64,000 nucleotides of DNA from an uncultured archaeon (GCA_964342815.1 CAYFHS010000001.1:179849-243848), one strand, 5' to 3'; numbered from the stretch's first letter, positions 39,701 to 48,626 are shown. Made by a program: numbers and translations. Notes: generated from the sequence alone by a model not told the origin.

Positions 39701-40977
39701 CCGGATGATATTTTATCGTCTAGGTATACTACCCATTCCACTTCTCCGCTATCCTTCGGTTCTTCCCGATTTATGTCCAAAACTTCATCTGAAGTATGAA
39801 CTATCTTTCCTTTTACCGATTTTGCGGTGACCCTCGCAGTGAATCTTTCATCCCGTAACCGCCCTCCGATCCGGTAAAGGGCTGTAAGATGTACGGATTC
39901 TCCTGAACAATAAGAATATTTATCCGTGGTTGCACCGAATAATTCGATCTCCGTTCCGCCGGTCACTTCGATGCCCCCTTTCTCGGAGGTTTCAACATCG
40001 CCCATTATCTCCAGCAGTAAATCATATTTTCCAGGGGACAGTTCTTGTGTCTCCTCCACGATGAAACGGTATTCTTTGGGAATGATCTTTCTGTCGCTGT
40101 TCGGTTCCAATATCATTTTCCCTAAAGGTACCGATAAAATGTCTTCCCCGTTTTTTCTGAGGCGAAGTCTTGCGGAAATGTCGAGGGGTTCGATACCAAT
40201 GTTTGCAATCCCCGCAGTGACCGTCATTACGTTGCCGGCGAGAATGGAGCGGGGTTCGATATCGGTTATGGAGAGTGAAATATCTTTTTGGTCCACGAGG
40301 CGCAATACATTATCAAAACGTTTTGAAGTTTTTATACCATAATGGAGGAGGAATATCTCGACCCCCATTTCACCCTTATTTCCGTTATCCGGGATACTGG
40401 CCAGAAATGTTTCGGTGTGCTCTCCCGAAAATGTTACTCTTTTTCTGTTGAAATCAATTATTTTTTTTCCTTCAGCGTCGATGATATTTCCACTTAGATC
40501 AACAGTACTCTCATTTCCTGGAGCCTCCAGGGTGATTTTCACCTCCACGGGCTCTCCCGCCAATACTCTGTATTTACAGGTATCGGCCCTTTTGATCGTG
40601 ACCTCCTGCGGTGTGCATGAGTATGTTCTAATCATATCGGGAAGGATCGTGGTGTAGTATACGCCATGTTTCAGGACAACTTTCAGCTCATGCTCTGACG
40701 TATCGGAAAATAATGTGTCCAGTATCATTCTGTGTTCAAATTCCTTGGATTCCGGTACAACCGTAGATTTTTCGGGTGATTTAACCGGTCCCGAAATGTT
40801 GATCTCAATTTTTTTAGGAATATCGTTTTCAGGAAATGATAATAAAAGATCCATGGTTACGGGCTCTCCCGGAGGTCCCGCAGTAAGTTTCACCTCTCCA
40901 GTGATGTCTGGTTTTGCACTGTTTGTGAAAATATCAAGATTGATTACAATTCTTTCGGCCCCTTTTCCCTTTAGCAT
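36796..40977 (-). CDS. Large hypothetical protein: tandem Ig-like beta-sandwiches, helical middle, C-terminal HEAT repeats
   Basis: 1393 aa with no signal peptide or TM; beta-strand-rich N-terminal ~450 aa; VLKVLGELKDERVIPSLVKML...RRAALKALISI HEAT-like repeats. Confidence 0.75.
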   Translation of the reverse strand: MLKGKGAERIVINLDIFTNSAKPDITGEVKLTAGPPGEPVTMDLLLSFPENDIPKKIEINISGPVKSPEKSTVVPESKEFEHRMILDTLFSDTSEHELKVVLKHGVYYTTILPDMIRTYSCTPQEVTIKRADTCKYRVLAGEPVEVKITLEAPGNESTVDLSGNIIDAEGKKIIDFNRKRVTFSGEHTETFLASIPDNGNKGEMGVEIFLLHYGIKTSKRFDNVLRLVDQKDISLSITDIEPRSILAGNVMTVTAGIANIGIEPLDISARLRLRKNGEDILSVPLGKMILEPNSDRKIIPKEYRFIVEETQELSPGKYDLLLEIMGDVETSEKGGIEVTGGTEIELFGATTDKYSYCSGESVHLTALYRIGGRLRDERFTARVTAKSVKGKIVHTSDEVLDINREEPKDSGEVEWVVYLDDKISSGYMNVTFEIFVEPDNTQLSVLRLPYMFSIKGTRQFSVKVVKEKAPVDIGAGLPEDLKREIRNYLFHGEKVADTVHDKKFSTIKLDNGTYLNLHQGKVIAEPDEMKIINSAVLARTAANMGFDRYYLEKLRHNIDRTTFLVESIIYSYREDFSLLQVPDKNRPALETRGSYTVKMINGHRRALQKKIGCLPKGRKRLTYAKKVRSDVYVLENLIKRISKKSGSERLDTSALFEHFHPLGDELKKSNRSLKNTEMAAERLKQLDLDYASFFNKNVDYLITLLDSGSFKENLIRKMDSANPEYDPGHEKIYPIALGFMSVYFLKKVSKGIKDFFSGGEMEPEGLAAHIYNFNMSYLHLYLFFSTISFVIPSQESKCVKACTWLRDCLRSNTRNHSRIIDETLKFLSDYKKNMKIRKKVAEFRSNVQIQSDYDRSEGAEGTLLEIPISAISDAKKDILMDYSIILPGKDYNVHWPPAKTIGENNYIEGFRLAPGTNNIPFRIELPTSLPDHLPEIKILAHPRKGNLVARDNTPAYGSMDSSFTEWTKKADPHTEIGSVLLDENIIKHIAGALIRPGRYAEIGKESIGYKVEKELLLDDTAKKMGMHRKKLYDILKESKLFKLSDVAVKGGFLRLRTVVSHYIRFATSKEIHETLMESPRGLLPEASKHRVTAARVLSVYIKILQEMPGVKRSGSEKRVFIPVRPQAKDLLSDLMDKTADSTEARSISTEITSILVKEVSKHFTGKKDEIILPGNRPVNTFKGLVSTLVEMEPKDVKRFIVDYDLNSFLENTIPGKVLSSACISTRSRIHLADPPESDIKYFLLQHISRSPLKECIFELITKPNLENILYQSKIEAAATLSRLSNVVNSYTAPALAGILFTVPKGTRPTVLKVLGELKDERVIPSLVKMLKSSVEREDRRAALKALISINTAEALKQAELLMEENREIKSVAEKFGFRVNEETSHEDEHIILE

Positions 40978-41022
40978 GGCCTCAATCCCTTTTACTTTTA
41001 TTTTATCGGACCGTGAAGTTGT

Positions 41023-41829
41023 TTAGGTTCCGATCCATACCCCTGATACGATATTACGAAGCGTTGCGATTCCCGAGAGACCTGCGAGATAACTGGTCTT
41101 GGGATTGCTGATGGCGGGGAAGTTCTTCAGTTTTACCGAAAAACTACCGAATCTTCCTGATACAGAGAGATAATGGTGGTTCCTGGTGGCTCCCGGATCG
41201 GCAATGATCTTCACGGTTGTTTTATCGAATCCTATTCCGGCAAGCGAAACTGCGGCTGCAACATTGACATTCTTGGGGAACTGTTTTACCGCTTCCCGGG
41301 CGCTCCCTTCATATATAACTTCAGCTTCCTTAAGCTCATAAAGATTTATACCCTTTTTGTGAATGTATTCGGCACCTTCGAGGCTGGGTATGGATTTTAT
41401 AGTTGTCAGTTCGACTTTGTCCAGGTTTGCCACATTGGCTGATTTCAGACCGTCGATACCGGCGATTGCTCCTGAAGGGAGGTATAGATGACTGGAATGC
41501 ACCTTGGTCAGTTCTTTCAATTTATCGAAAAGAGCGTCGTTATTGAAGGCGCCAATACTCAATACCATCAGGTCTTTACCCTTGCCAAGGATCATGGGAC
41601 CAAAATGTTCAACCGCTTCATGGGATGCCGCTTCAATTACGAGGCTGGACTGGTCGATCAATTCAATGCAGTCATCCATGATTTGAGCTTTTGGGATTCG
41701 GGAGGCCAGTTGTCTGCACTTGGACTGTATCACATCGTACAGAAAAACATTTGAAATGTCGTCGATATCGTCGCATGCTTTTGCAAGCATGGAGCCTATG
41801 AATCCACAGCCGATTATCCCGATGTCCAT
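41023..41829 (-). CDS. nadX: L-aspartate dehydrogenase
   Basis: IGIIGCGFIG, IEAASHEAV, PSGAIAGIDG, FPKNVNVAA and NPKTSYLA motifs. Confidence 0.93.
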   Translation of the reverse strand: MDIGIIGCGFIGSMLAKACDDIDDISNVFLYDVIQSKCRQLASRIPKAQIMDDCIELIDQSSLVIEAASHEAVEHFGPMILGKGKDLMVLSIGAFNNDALFDKLKELTKVHSSHLYLPSGAIAGIDGLKSANVANLDKVELTTIKSIPSLEGAEYIHKKGINLYELKEAEVIYEGSAREAVKQFPKNVNVAAAVSLAGIGFDKTTVKIIADPGATRNHHYLSVSGRFGSFSVKLKNFPAISNPKTSYLAGLSGIATLRNIVSGVWIGT

Positions 41830-41961
41830 CCTATCACTTATTCTAATTTTTATGTACCTTTTTTAGGTTTGAAACGGTCCCGGGCGTGGTAAATTGTCTG
41901 TTCGATTATATACTTTCCTGTCTGTTTGCTGTGATCGAGAGCATCATTAGTAGATTATTTT

Positions 41962-42423
41962 TCAGAAGGATGGGCCGATTGAAATTGTTGAGTTTAGATA
42001 TCTGGTTTTGTTATTTTCATTTCTTTTAATCGATATCGACACTATAGCTAAACGGTATTGTTTCATTCTATCCTTTATGGCAAGCCCTGCCCTTATTATT
42101 CTTTCTTTGCACATATCAGCAAATCCCTTTACAAGGAAAAATAAGGTCCAGTTATCGGATTCCGATTTCCAGCGATCGATTGCCCCAATTGCCGCCATGG
42201 ATTTTAACACACTAGCAGTTCTTTTATTACCCCAGTGATACTTTGACGACATGTAGGAATTTATCAAATGTTGCTGACGTGCAAAACCATCGAAATAATA
42301 AATGAGAACGTGAAGCAATAATTTGGCCTCGTCTCTAGAAATTTTGTCTTTTAATTTTCTTTCGATGACCTTTACTTGTTTTCGGTATTCCTTTTGTTTC
42401 TGTTTTATCCTTCGTTTTTTCAT
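41962..42423 (-). CDS. Basic hypothetical protein with a winged-HTH-like segment
   Basis: Start 42423 (MKKRRIK) after a GGGGTTGA RBS-like sequence; QQHLINSY...NKRTASVLKSMAAIGAIDR...WTLFFL helix-helix-wing pattern. Confidence 0.55.
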   Translation of the reverse strand: MKKRRIKQKQKEYRKQVKVIERKLKDKISRDEAKLLLHVLIYYFDGFARQQHLINSYMSSKYHWGNKRTASVLKSMAAIGAIDRWKSESDNWTLFFLVKGFADMCKERIIRAGLAIKDRMKQYRLAIVSISIKRNENNKTRYLNSTISIGPSF

Positions 42424-42627
42424 GGTATCAACCCCGTTATTCTTTTTCAAATGGGTCACGGACAACGGAAATTCTGTGACCTGATGGACAAATGTTCAGA
42501 AAGTATATAATAGTATATGGAGGGGAGGGGGGTGAGTGAAAGTAAAATTATTTCGGTACTGGTCATTGATAAAAACGAGTGAAAGTAAAATGGGATTTCT
42601 TGGGGTCCGATAATGAGGTTGTTGGGG

Positions 42628-42705
42628 ACATTTGTTGGGTGCTTTTAGGGACATTTATCAAGTGGTATAGTGAACATTTGTCAGCGTTAGTAGTCAACAT
42701 TTATC
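42628..42705 (+). repeat. Four ACATTT(G/A)T(C/T) direct repeats at an exact 23-bp period (iteron/operator-like)
   Basis: Copies start at 42628, 42651, 42674 and 42697; an inverted copy GACAAATGT lies at 42487-42495. Confidence 0.8.
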
Positions 42706-42808
42706 GCATGGATTTGTCGAAACGCAGCTCACTGCGAAAAGTTGAATAGCCATCGGGTCATTAAGGAACCTCTCCTATCTCTCAGTGCGGATCGAGGTTA
42801 CAGTAATG

Positions 42809-43462
42809 TCATTCCCATTGAAAGCAAAGGCAGGTAAGATTTTAGACATACTTCAAGAACTCTACCCTGACGTCAAGGTGGGATTTCATTATACCAATCC
42901 TTTCAAGATTCTCATTGTCACTATGCTTTCGGCCCAGTCCACGGACCGGCAGACCGGGCCGGCGGCTGAACTTCTGTTCCAGGCTTATGACACTCCGGCG
43001 AAACTCTCTGGGGCACCTATAAGTGAAATAGAGACGAGAATAAAATCCGTTGGGATATACAAGAACAAGGCAAAGCACATCCGGAAAACTTCGGAAATTC
43101 TGCTTGGACGATTCTCAGGCAAGGTTCCGGATACTATGGACGGACTTCTAACGTTACCCGGAGTGGGCCGAAAGACCGCTAATATAGTCCTGTCCAAGGC
43201 CTTTGGATTGAACGTGGGGATCGCGGTTGATACGCACGTTTATCGTCTGGCCCACAGGCTGGGACTTGCCAGCGAAAAAGTGCGGGACCGCGTCGAGGAA
43301 GAACTGGTTTCTCTGTATCCACCGTCCCGGTATATGGATATCAACAGCCTTTTGATACACCATGGAAGGGTCGTTTGCAAGGCGAGGAAACCGTTGTGCG
43401 CGGAATGCGCGATTTCCGGTCTTTGCGAGTATTTTGCGGAAACGGATTCGTCGAAGAATTGA
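42809..43462 (+). CDS. nth: Endonuclease III
   Basis: LSAQSTD, LPGVGRKTANIVL (HhH), AVDTHVYR and CKARKPLCAECAISGLC (4Fe-4S) motifs. Confidence 0.95.
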   Translation, partial: SFPLKAKAGKILDILQELYPDVKVGFHYTNPFKILIVTMLSAQSTDRQTGPAAELLFQAYDTPAKLSGAPISEIETRIKSVGIYKNKAKHIRKTSEILLGRFSGKVPDTMDGLLTLPGVGRKTANIVLSKAFGLNVGIAVDTHVYRLAHRLGLASEKVRDRVEEELVSLYPPSRYMDINSLLIHHGRVVCKARKPLCAECAISGLCEYFAETDSSKN

Positions 43463-43562
43463 GATGCAGACGTTTCTATCTGAACCTTTTAGGTGTGCTT
43501 CTTGGGCTAAAAGGATTGACGATGTGGAGCAGAAAATTTCTATTTCCGATTGAGAATACTCA

Positions 43563-44270
43563 TTATTCTGATTTCCGTTTTCTTCGTTTTCGCTTTTTTA
43601 CAAGGTGAATTATGATAGTAATTCCCAAGATTGCAAGAATCGATGCGACCCCTGCGAATATGAGAATCCCATAGCTGTAATTTTCGTGCCAACTGTAGAT
43701 ATTCGTCTCATTTTCTAGAGGCCCTATCTCGTTCATTTTCCAGAAATAAGTGGTAATTTGAATGGTATCGCTCTGTTGTTCAATACTCTCAACCTGGCCC
43801 GGACCAAAACTATACGATCCATGTAGGGTCCAGATTATTTTAGTTCGATTTGAAGCGTAATCCTGATATCCTATGGTTAAGTTAAAAATATCCTGATGAT
43901 TTCCATAACCTGAAAATACAAAGGTGGAATCTGAAACGGAAGCAAAAACATGGTCTTTATTGGAATTCGCCTGAAAGTACAAATCAACTCTGCATTCGGA
44001 GTATGGGCCGGTAATATTACAAAATATGATCCCCTCACCATATATTAAATCGTTTTCTAGCGACCACGTGAATTCATTTGGCATATCTACGCTCAGTTCC
44101 ACGGTTGCACGTTGATCTCTGTTACCAGAATTCGACGGGGTTTGAAATAATCCGCCGGGTGAGATATCAGCCTTGAACTTATGGCGGACCGGTGGTTCGT
44201 AATGACTGGCTGCTATCAGACCGAAGATTAGCATTACTATAAGGTATATCAGAACAGTTTTGGCAGACAT
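43563..44270 (-). CDS. Exported hypothetical protein with C-terminal TM anchor
   Basis: N-terminal signal, beta-rich middle, TM followed by KKRKRRKRK. Confidence 0.7.
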   Translation of the reverse strand: MSAKTVLIYLIVMLIFGLIAASHYEPPVRHKFKADISPGGLFQTPSNSGNRDQRATVELSVDMPNEFTWSLENDLIYGEGIIFCNITGPYSECRVDLYFQANSNKDHVFASVSDSTFVFSGYGNHQDIFNLTIGYQDYASNRTKIIWTLHGSYSFGPGQVESIEQQSDTIQITTYFWKMNEIGPLENETNIYSWHENYSYGILIFAGVASILAILGITIIIHLVKKRKRRKRKSE

Positions 44271-44446
44271 AATTGGATTCCTCTTTTATATTGAAACTTA
44301 GTAATAGATGAGTTTGAATTGATATAAAATTTTCTTTTCCTTCGCAAACTGTATTTACGAATAAGCATGAGTCCCTGAAAATTCCAGAGGAGTAACAGTC
44401 GAGGCTAAATTTAAAAAGTAATTAGGCCCGGTATCTACCGGGCCAG

Positions 44447-44470
44447 AGGGCTTTTGCCCTTTTTTTTTTT
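44447..44470 (+). terminator. Hairpin plus poly-T terminator-like element
   Basis: AGGGC-TTTT-GCCCT followed by ten T. Confidence 0.5.
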
Positions 44471-44624
44471 ATTTTTATGTTATTATTTTTATATCGGGCC
44501 GACGTTCGCCTAAGGGCCGTCGGCCCTCTATAGCAAGAATTGTTCATCGATTTTACCTCGATCATTTTTCTGCAAACCAGGCCCCGCTCATGGATAAGGA
44601 TTGAATTAATCGTGAGATATCACT

Positions 44625-46661
44625 ATGAACGATACCGAAAACGACGCTGAACCTGTTAACGATGATGATGACGACGTGACTGCGCCGGTACGTAAAGATT
44701 ATATCTCGTCCGTGGTCATGGCGTTGATATTTACCATAGCAATCATCCTGGGATTGGCTCTTTCTCCCGTATATACTTCACAAGGAATGAAAGCCTTTAA
44801 AAACGAGGATGCGGTTGTCAATCCTCTTCTCTACATTATTTTTATTATAGTTTTTACGATAATAGTCCTCTTTGTAGTAAAAAGGGGCAAGCGGAGCTGG
44901 ATCAAGTATTTTTTCCTGGGAGCTATCTTTTTTACCATCATAAACGTGGTTTCACCGGTGCTGGACGGAGCGGTTTATGGGATCGGTGAGAAATGGGATA
45001 AGAGGAGCTATGGAGATGAAGTGGAGGCTTGGGATATATCTATTCTAAACGGGAACGAATACGAATTTTCCGTTTTCACAAACGGACGCTTTGCAGTTTA
45101 CGTTGATGGTGGGGAATTATTTTCCCGTAATGTGGGAATCCCACCAAATGGTCGTGCGGAAATAGATGTTTTTCCGTTATCACCCTCCGGTGGAGATGAC
45201 GCCGCGGCGGTAGCCGTCAAGGGTAGTTCCATCCAATTGTTCACACTTGAAAAACAGAATAAAATAATTCATCGTTATTCCGTTGCCGGGAATGTTTCTT
45301 CCTATCTTTTCGATTCCCATGGTAGCGACAATAAGACGTTCACCTCTTGCGTTATAGAAAATTCCAAGAATAATCTTGTTCTCAACCTGAGCAGCATTGA
45401 CCTGGGTATGAACTCCACCGGGAAAATTACCGTATCCTCCCCCCTTGTGACGGAATATTTGCTGGATTACGTTACGTGCTCGGATGGGAAACAAACCCGG
45501 ATAGGTTCTGTAAACGTCACAACAACATTATTGATTCCCGGAAAGGACAGCGAATTGAAGATCAGTCTATCCAATAATGACTTTACTTATATATTGGATT
45601 TTTCGGACCCGGGCAACTGTTCAAAGGTGGAATTCCCCACGCCTCTTGGCTCAACGTTCATATCAGGAGTTGGCGGGCATAATGAGCTGGTTCTATACAA
45701 TAGTGAAAAGTTCGAGGTTTTTTCTCTGAACGATGACGGTGCGCTATCCTCAGCAAAAAAAGTGATTGATGAAAAGATAGACGATCTTGAAGTGGCAAAG
45801 GGGATAAAGGGAGACGACACCGAAGCGGTTTATGTTCTAAGCCATGGCCGGGTACATCTTTTTGGCCCAAGGGATTGGAAAGAGGGGTATGGATATACCG
45901 AGGAGCGGCAGGAAGGTGCAAGCAGGCTATCTGTGGGTGACGCGGACGGTGACCGCCAAATGGAGATAGCTCTTGTCACCGGTTTCAGCGTGAGGAAATA
46001 CGAAATATCCCCGGTGGAAAGACACATCTGGGTATGGGCCATCGGTACCGTGGTCGCACTTGCCCTGGTGGGGGCAATCCGCTTCTACCCGGAATGGTTC
46101 GTGGTGGACAGCGTGGGAATTCTCGTTGCTGTGGGCGCAATGGCGCTGATAGGAATATCACTTGCCATTCTACCTTCCCTGGTCCTCCTGGCAGTGTTGG
46201 CCGTTTACGACGCCATATCCGTATACAAGACAAAACACATGATCGATCTTGCTGACGGCGTTATGGAAATGAGACTCCCGGTGCTTCTCGTGATACCAAA
46301 GGACGGCAAATATTCCTTCAGAAAACAGAAAAGATTAACCGAACAGCTGGATACAGGCGAGCCGCGTGGCGCCATGTTCATGGGCCTAGGAGATATTATC
46401 ATACCTGGTATCCTGGTGATATCCGCTTTTACATACCTTCCCGACGGTGTTCTATTTGGGGTGGGCAAAGCACTTATCGTCGCGCTGGGTGCTCTCGTGG
46501 GCGGTCTGGTGGGCTTTGTCGCATTGATGAGATTTGTGTTGAAGGGAAATCCCCAGGCCGGGCTGCCTCTCCTGAACAGTGGTACGATACTTGGGTTTCT
46601 GATCACTTATTTGATCGTTTATGGTGATTTCGGTTTTGGCCTGACTTTCAGCCTTTTTTGA
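44625..46661 (+). CDS. Presenilin/SPP-family intramembrane aspartyl protease with a large loop insertion
   Basis: Nine TM segments; YD in AVYDAISV, GxGD in MGLGDIII and PAL-equivalent QAGLPLL; ~350-aa hydrophilic insert after TM3. Confidence 0.92.
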   Translation: MNDTENDAEPVNDDDDDVTAPVRKDYISSVVMALIFTIAIILGLALSPVYTSQGMKAFKNEDAVVNPLLYIIFIIVFTIIVLFVVKRGKRSWIKYFFLGAIFFTIINVVSPVLDGAVYGIGEKWDKRSYGDEVEAWDISILNGNEYEFSVFTNGRFAVYVDGGELFSRNVGIPPNGRAEIDVFPLSPSGGDDAAAVAVKGSSIQLFTLEKQNKIIHRYSVAGNVSSYLFDSHGSDNKTFTSCVIENSKNNLVLNLSSIDLGMNSTGKITVSSPLVTEYLLDYVTCSDGKQTRIGSVNVTTTLLIPGKDSELKISLSNNDFTYILDFSDPGNCSKVEFPTPLGSTFISGVGGHNELVLYNSEKFEVFSLNDDGALSSAKKVIDEKIDDLEVAKGIKGDDTEAVYVLSHGRVHLFGPRDWKEGYGYTEERQEGASRLSVGDADGDRQMEIALVTGFSVRKYEISPVERHIWVWAIGTVVALALVGAIRFYPEWFVVDSVGILVAVGAMALIGISLAILPSLVLLAVLAVYDAISVYKTKHMIDLADGVMEMRLPVLLVIPKDGKYSFRKQKRLTEQLDTGEPRGAMFMGLGDIIIPGILVISAFTYLPDGVLFGVGKALIVALGALVGGLVGFVALMRFVLKGNPQAGLPLLNSGTILGFLITYLIVYGDFGFGLTFSLF

Positions 46662-46754
46662 TAAATAAAAGGAAACTCCTGGGTTTTCCTTCAAAGGTAA
46701 AGACAAATAATTATATGGAAACAGTAAAAAAGGGTAAGCAGTTTATTTAGGTAT

Positions 46755-47093
46755 ATGCCATCTCTGGTAAATGCATCCTCGGGCCAAATTCTAGGACTGG
46801 AACCCACAATCTTCTGGGCAGCACTCTTATTTATACTGGTGTTGGTTGCGGCATCCGTCATTATCGTCTACAAGTATCTTTTACGGAAAAAAAGGCGTTT
46901 GCTGGAAGATCCGGATGAAGACCCATTTGAAAGGGAAATCGGGCCTTACGGGATATATGACGACAAAGCTCTGATCTCGAGAAAAGTGGACCGCACCACA
47001 AAAAAGATGCAGAGACTGCTGAGTTCCGGGGCCACGAAAGATGCAAGGTTCCTGAAAATGAACGCCCAGAAGAGGAAATTGCGACGAAAATGA
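46755..47093 (+). CDS. Small single-pass membrane protein
   Basis: One TM (IFWAALLFILVLVAASVIIVY) and a basic cytoplasmic tail. Confidence 0.6.
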   Translation: MPSLVNASSGQILGLEPTIFWAALLFILVLVAASVIIVYKYLLRKKRRLLEDPDEDPFEREIGPYGIYDDKALISRKVDRTTKKMQRLLSSGATKDARFLKMNAQKRKLRRK

Positions 47094-47168
47094 ACATTTT
47101 CTTCATACGGCATCACACAATACAACTGACATGACTGCATAAATATCTATCATCAACGAGGAATACAA

Positions 47169-48050
47169 ATGGCGCTGATCCCCCTTTTCTTTCCGGACTG
47201 CGTGGTTGCCATTGGAGTGGGCGACGATGCGAGCAAGCGAGAATGGAAAGCCTCCGGTTTCCTATACGGTCATCTGTCCGAGGTAAACGGCTCCGGAGAA
47301 AAAAAATACCGGATCTATCTCATCACGAACCGATATGTTATCGATGATATTAGAGAATCTCATATATATCTCAGGTTCAACCCTCAGGAAATAGACGAAC
47401 CGGTGCACGACTACAATCTTCCGTTCTATGACAAGGAGGGAAAGAGTGTCTGGGTCGCACATCCGGATTCCGATATCGACGTTGCCGTTACCAATATCAA
47501 CTACATGATGCTCCGCGAGCATGCAATGCAGGTGAATTTCTTCAGAAGCGATGTGCATGCGGCGGGTATAGAAAAGCTCGTCAAACTTGGGACAATGGAG
47601 GGTGACTTCTGTTACGTGCTCGGTTTCCCAATGGGGCTCGTGAGCAATCGAAGGAACACTGTAATAGTCCGCAACGGGACCATAGCCCGCATCCGGGGTA
47701 CCTTACTTAAGAGAACCCCTAATCCTGAATATCTCATCGACTCTTTCGTATTTCCTGGAAACAGCGGCGGGCCTCTGGTATCCAAACCGGAATCCATTGC
47801 TATCAAGGGAACAAAATCGCAGAGCTCGGCTTATCTGATTGGAATAATAACATCCTCCGTCAGGTACCGGGATGCCGCTGTGAGTACCCAAACCAAGAGG
47901 GTTCGGATCATTTTCGAGGAGAATTCAGGACTTGCCGGGGTGCACCCTGTGGATTACATTGACGAGGCTATCGAAGAACACATTAGACGTTTCGGAGACC
48001 GTGGGCGTAAAACAGAGGTCTACCATGACCGACATGCTAAGGTAAGTTAA
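47169..48050 (+). CDS. Trypsin-like serine protease-family protein, catalytic His apparently replaced by Tyr
   Basis: ASGF, LITNRYV (family TN.HV), DVAV, VLGFP and FPGNSGGPL motifs. Confidence 0.82.
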   Translation: MALIPLFFPDCVVAIGVGDDASKREWKASGFLYGHLSEVNGSGEKKYRIYLITNRYVIDDIRESHIYLRFNPQEIDEPVHDYNLPFYDKEGKSVWVAHPDSDIDVAVTNINYMMLREHAMQVNFFRSDVHAAGIEKLVKLGTMEGDFCYVLGFPMGLVSNRRNTVIVRNGTIARIRGTLLKRTPNPEYLIDSFVFPGNSGGPLVSKPESIAIKGTKSQSSAYLIGIITSSVRYRDAAVSTQTKRVRIIFEENSGLAGVHPVDYIDEAIEEHIRRFGDRGRKTEVYHDRHAKVS

Positions 48051-48604
48051 TCCTTTTCCCGCCGATTTACCCTATCTCCGGACCGAGTTGGCAGATCTTC
48101 AAGCTGCATCAACGCCCCGTCTATCACTCTTAGCTGAAGGGTATGATCCCTTTTTAGGTCCGAGTATATCTTTCCTGTTAAAAGTCCGTCCTTTCGCTGT
48201 TCCTCTATTTCCTCCAGGAACCTGATGTTCTCCTCACGCTTCTCCCTCATCCGCTCCACAGCCATTTTGCGTTTTTTCTCCACCATCTCCGGCGGCATCC
48301 ATGAATTGTAAACCGGACCTTGTATGGGTGCTGACGGGTTAATCTTTCTAATTCTTAACCTGTTGAAAAAGAATGCAAGCGCAAGAAAGATCAGCGAAAC
48401 GGTCATCGCTGGAATGAGACAGAAGAAAACCGGCATCTGCTTCGATATCACTCGTTCGTAGTATTTATACCCTAAAAGCCCGATCAGTATGAAAAGAATC
48501 GAAAGGAAAAGTAGAATGATCATTATTAATGCCGAGGGTTTCCGAATCTGCCCCATTGGGCCTATTTGAATTTCCTGGGAAAGTGGTATTTTTCTCGCGG
48601 ACAA
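48047..48604 (-). CDS. Two-TM membrane protein with a C-terminal SHOCT-like helix
   Basis: Two hydrophobic segments; EEQRKDGLLTGKIYSDLKR. Confidence 0.6.
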   Translation of the reverse strand: MSARKIPLSQEIQIGPMGQIRKPSALIMIILLFLSILFILIGLLGYKYYERVISKQMPVFFCLIPAMTVSLIFLALAFFFNRLRIRKINPSAPIQGPVYNSWMPPEMVEKKRKMAVERMREKREENIRFLEEIEEQRKDGLLTGKIYSDLKRDHTLQLRVIDGALMQLEDLPTRSGDRVNRREKD

Positions 48605-48626
48605 AACGGCCAGCCCCCGTGATGAA

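Noticed and set aside
44360-44400. Hammerhead-like ATGAGTCCCTGAAA
   Set aside because: Lacks the CUGAUGA and GAAA catalytic cores in the right arrangement.
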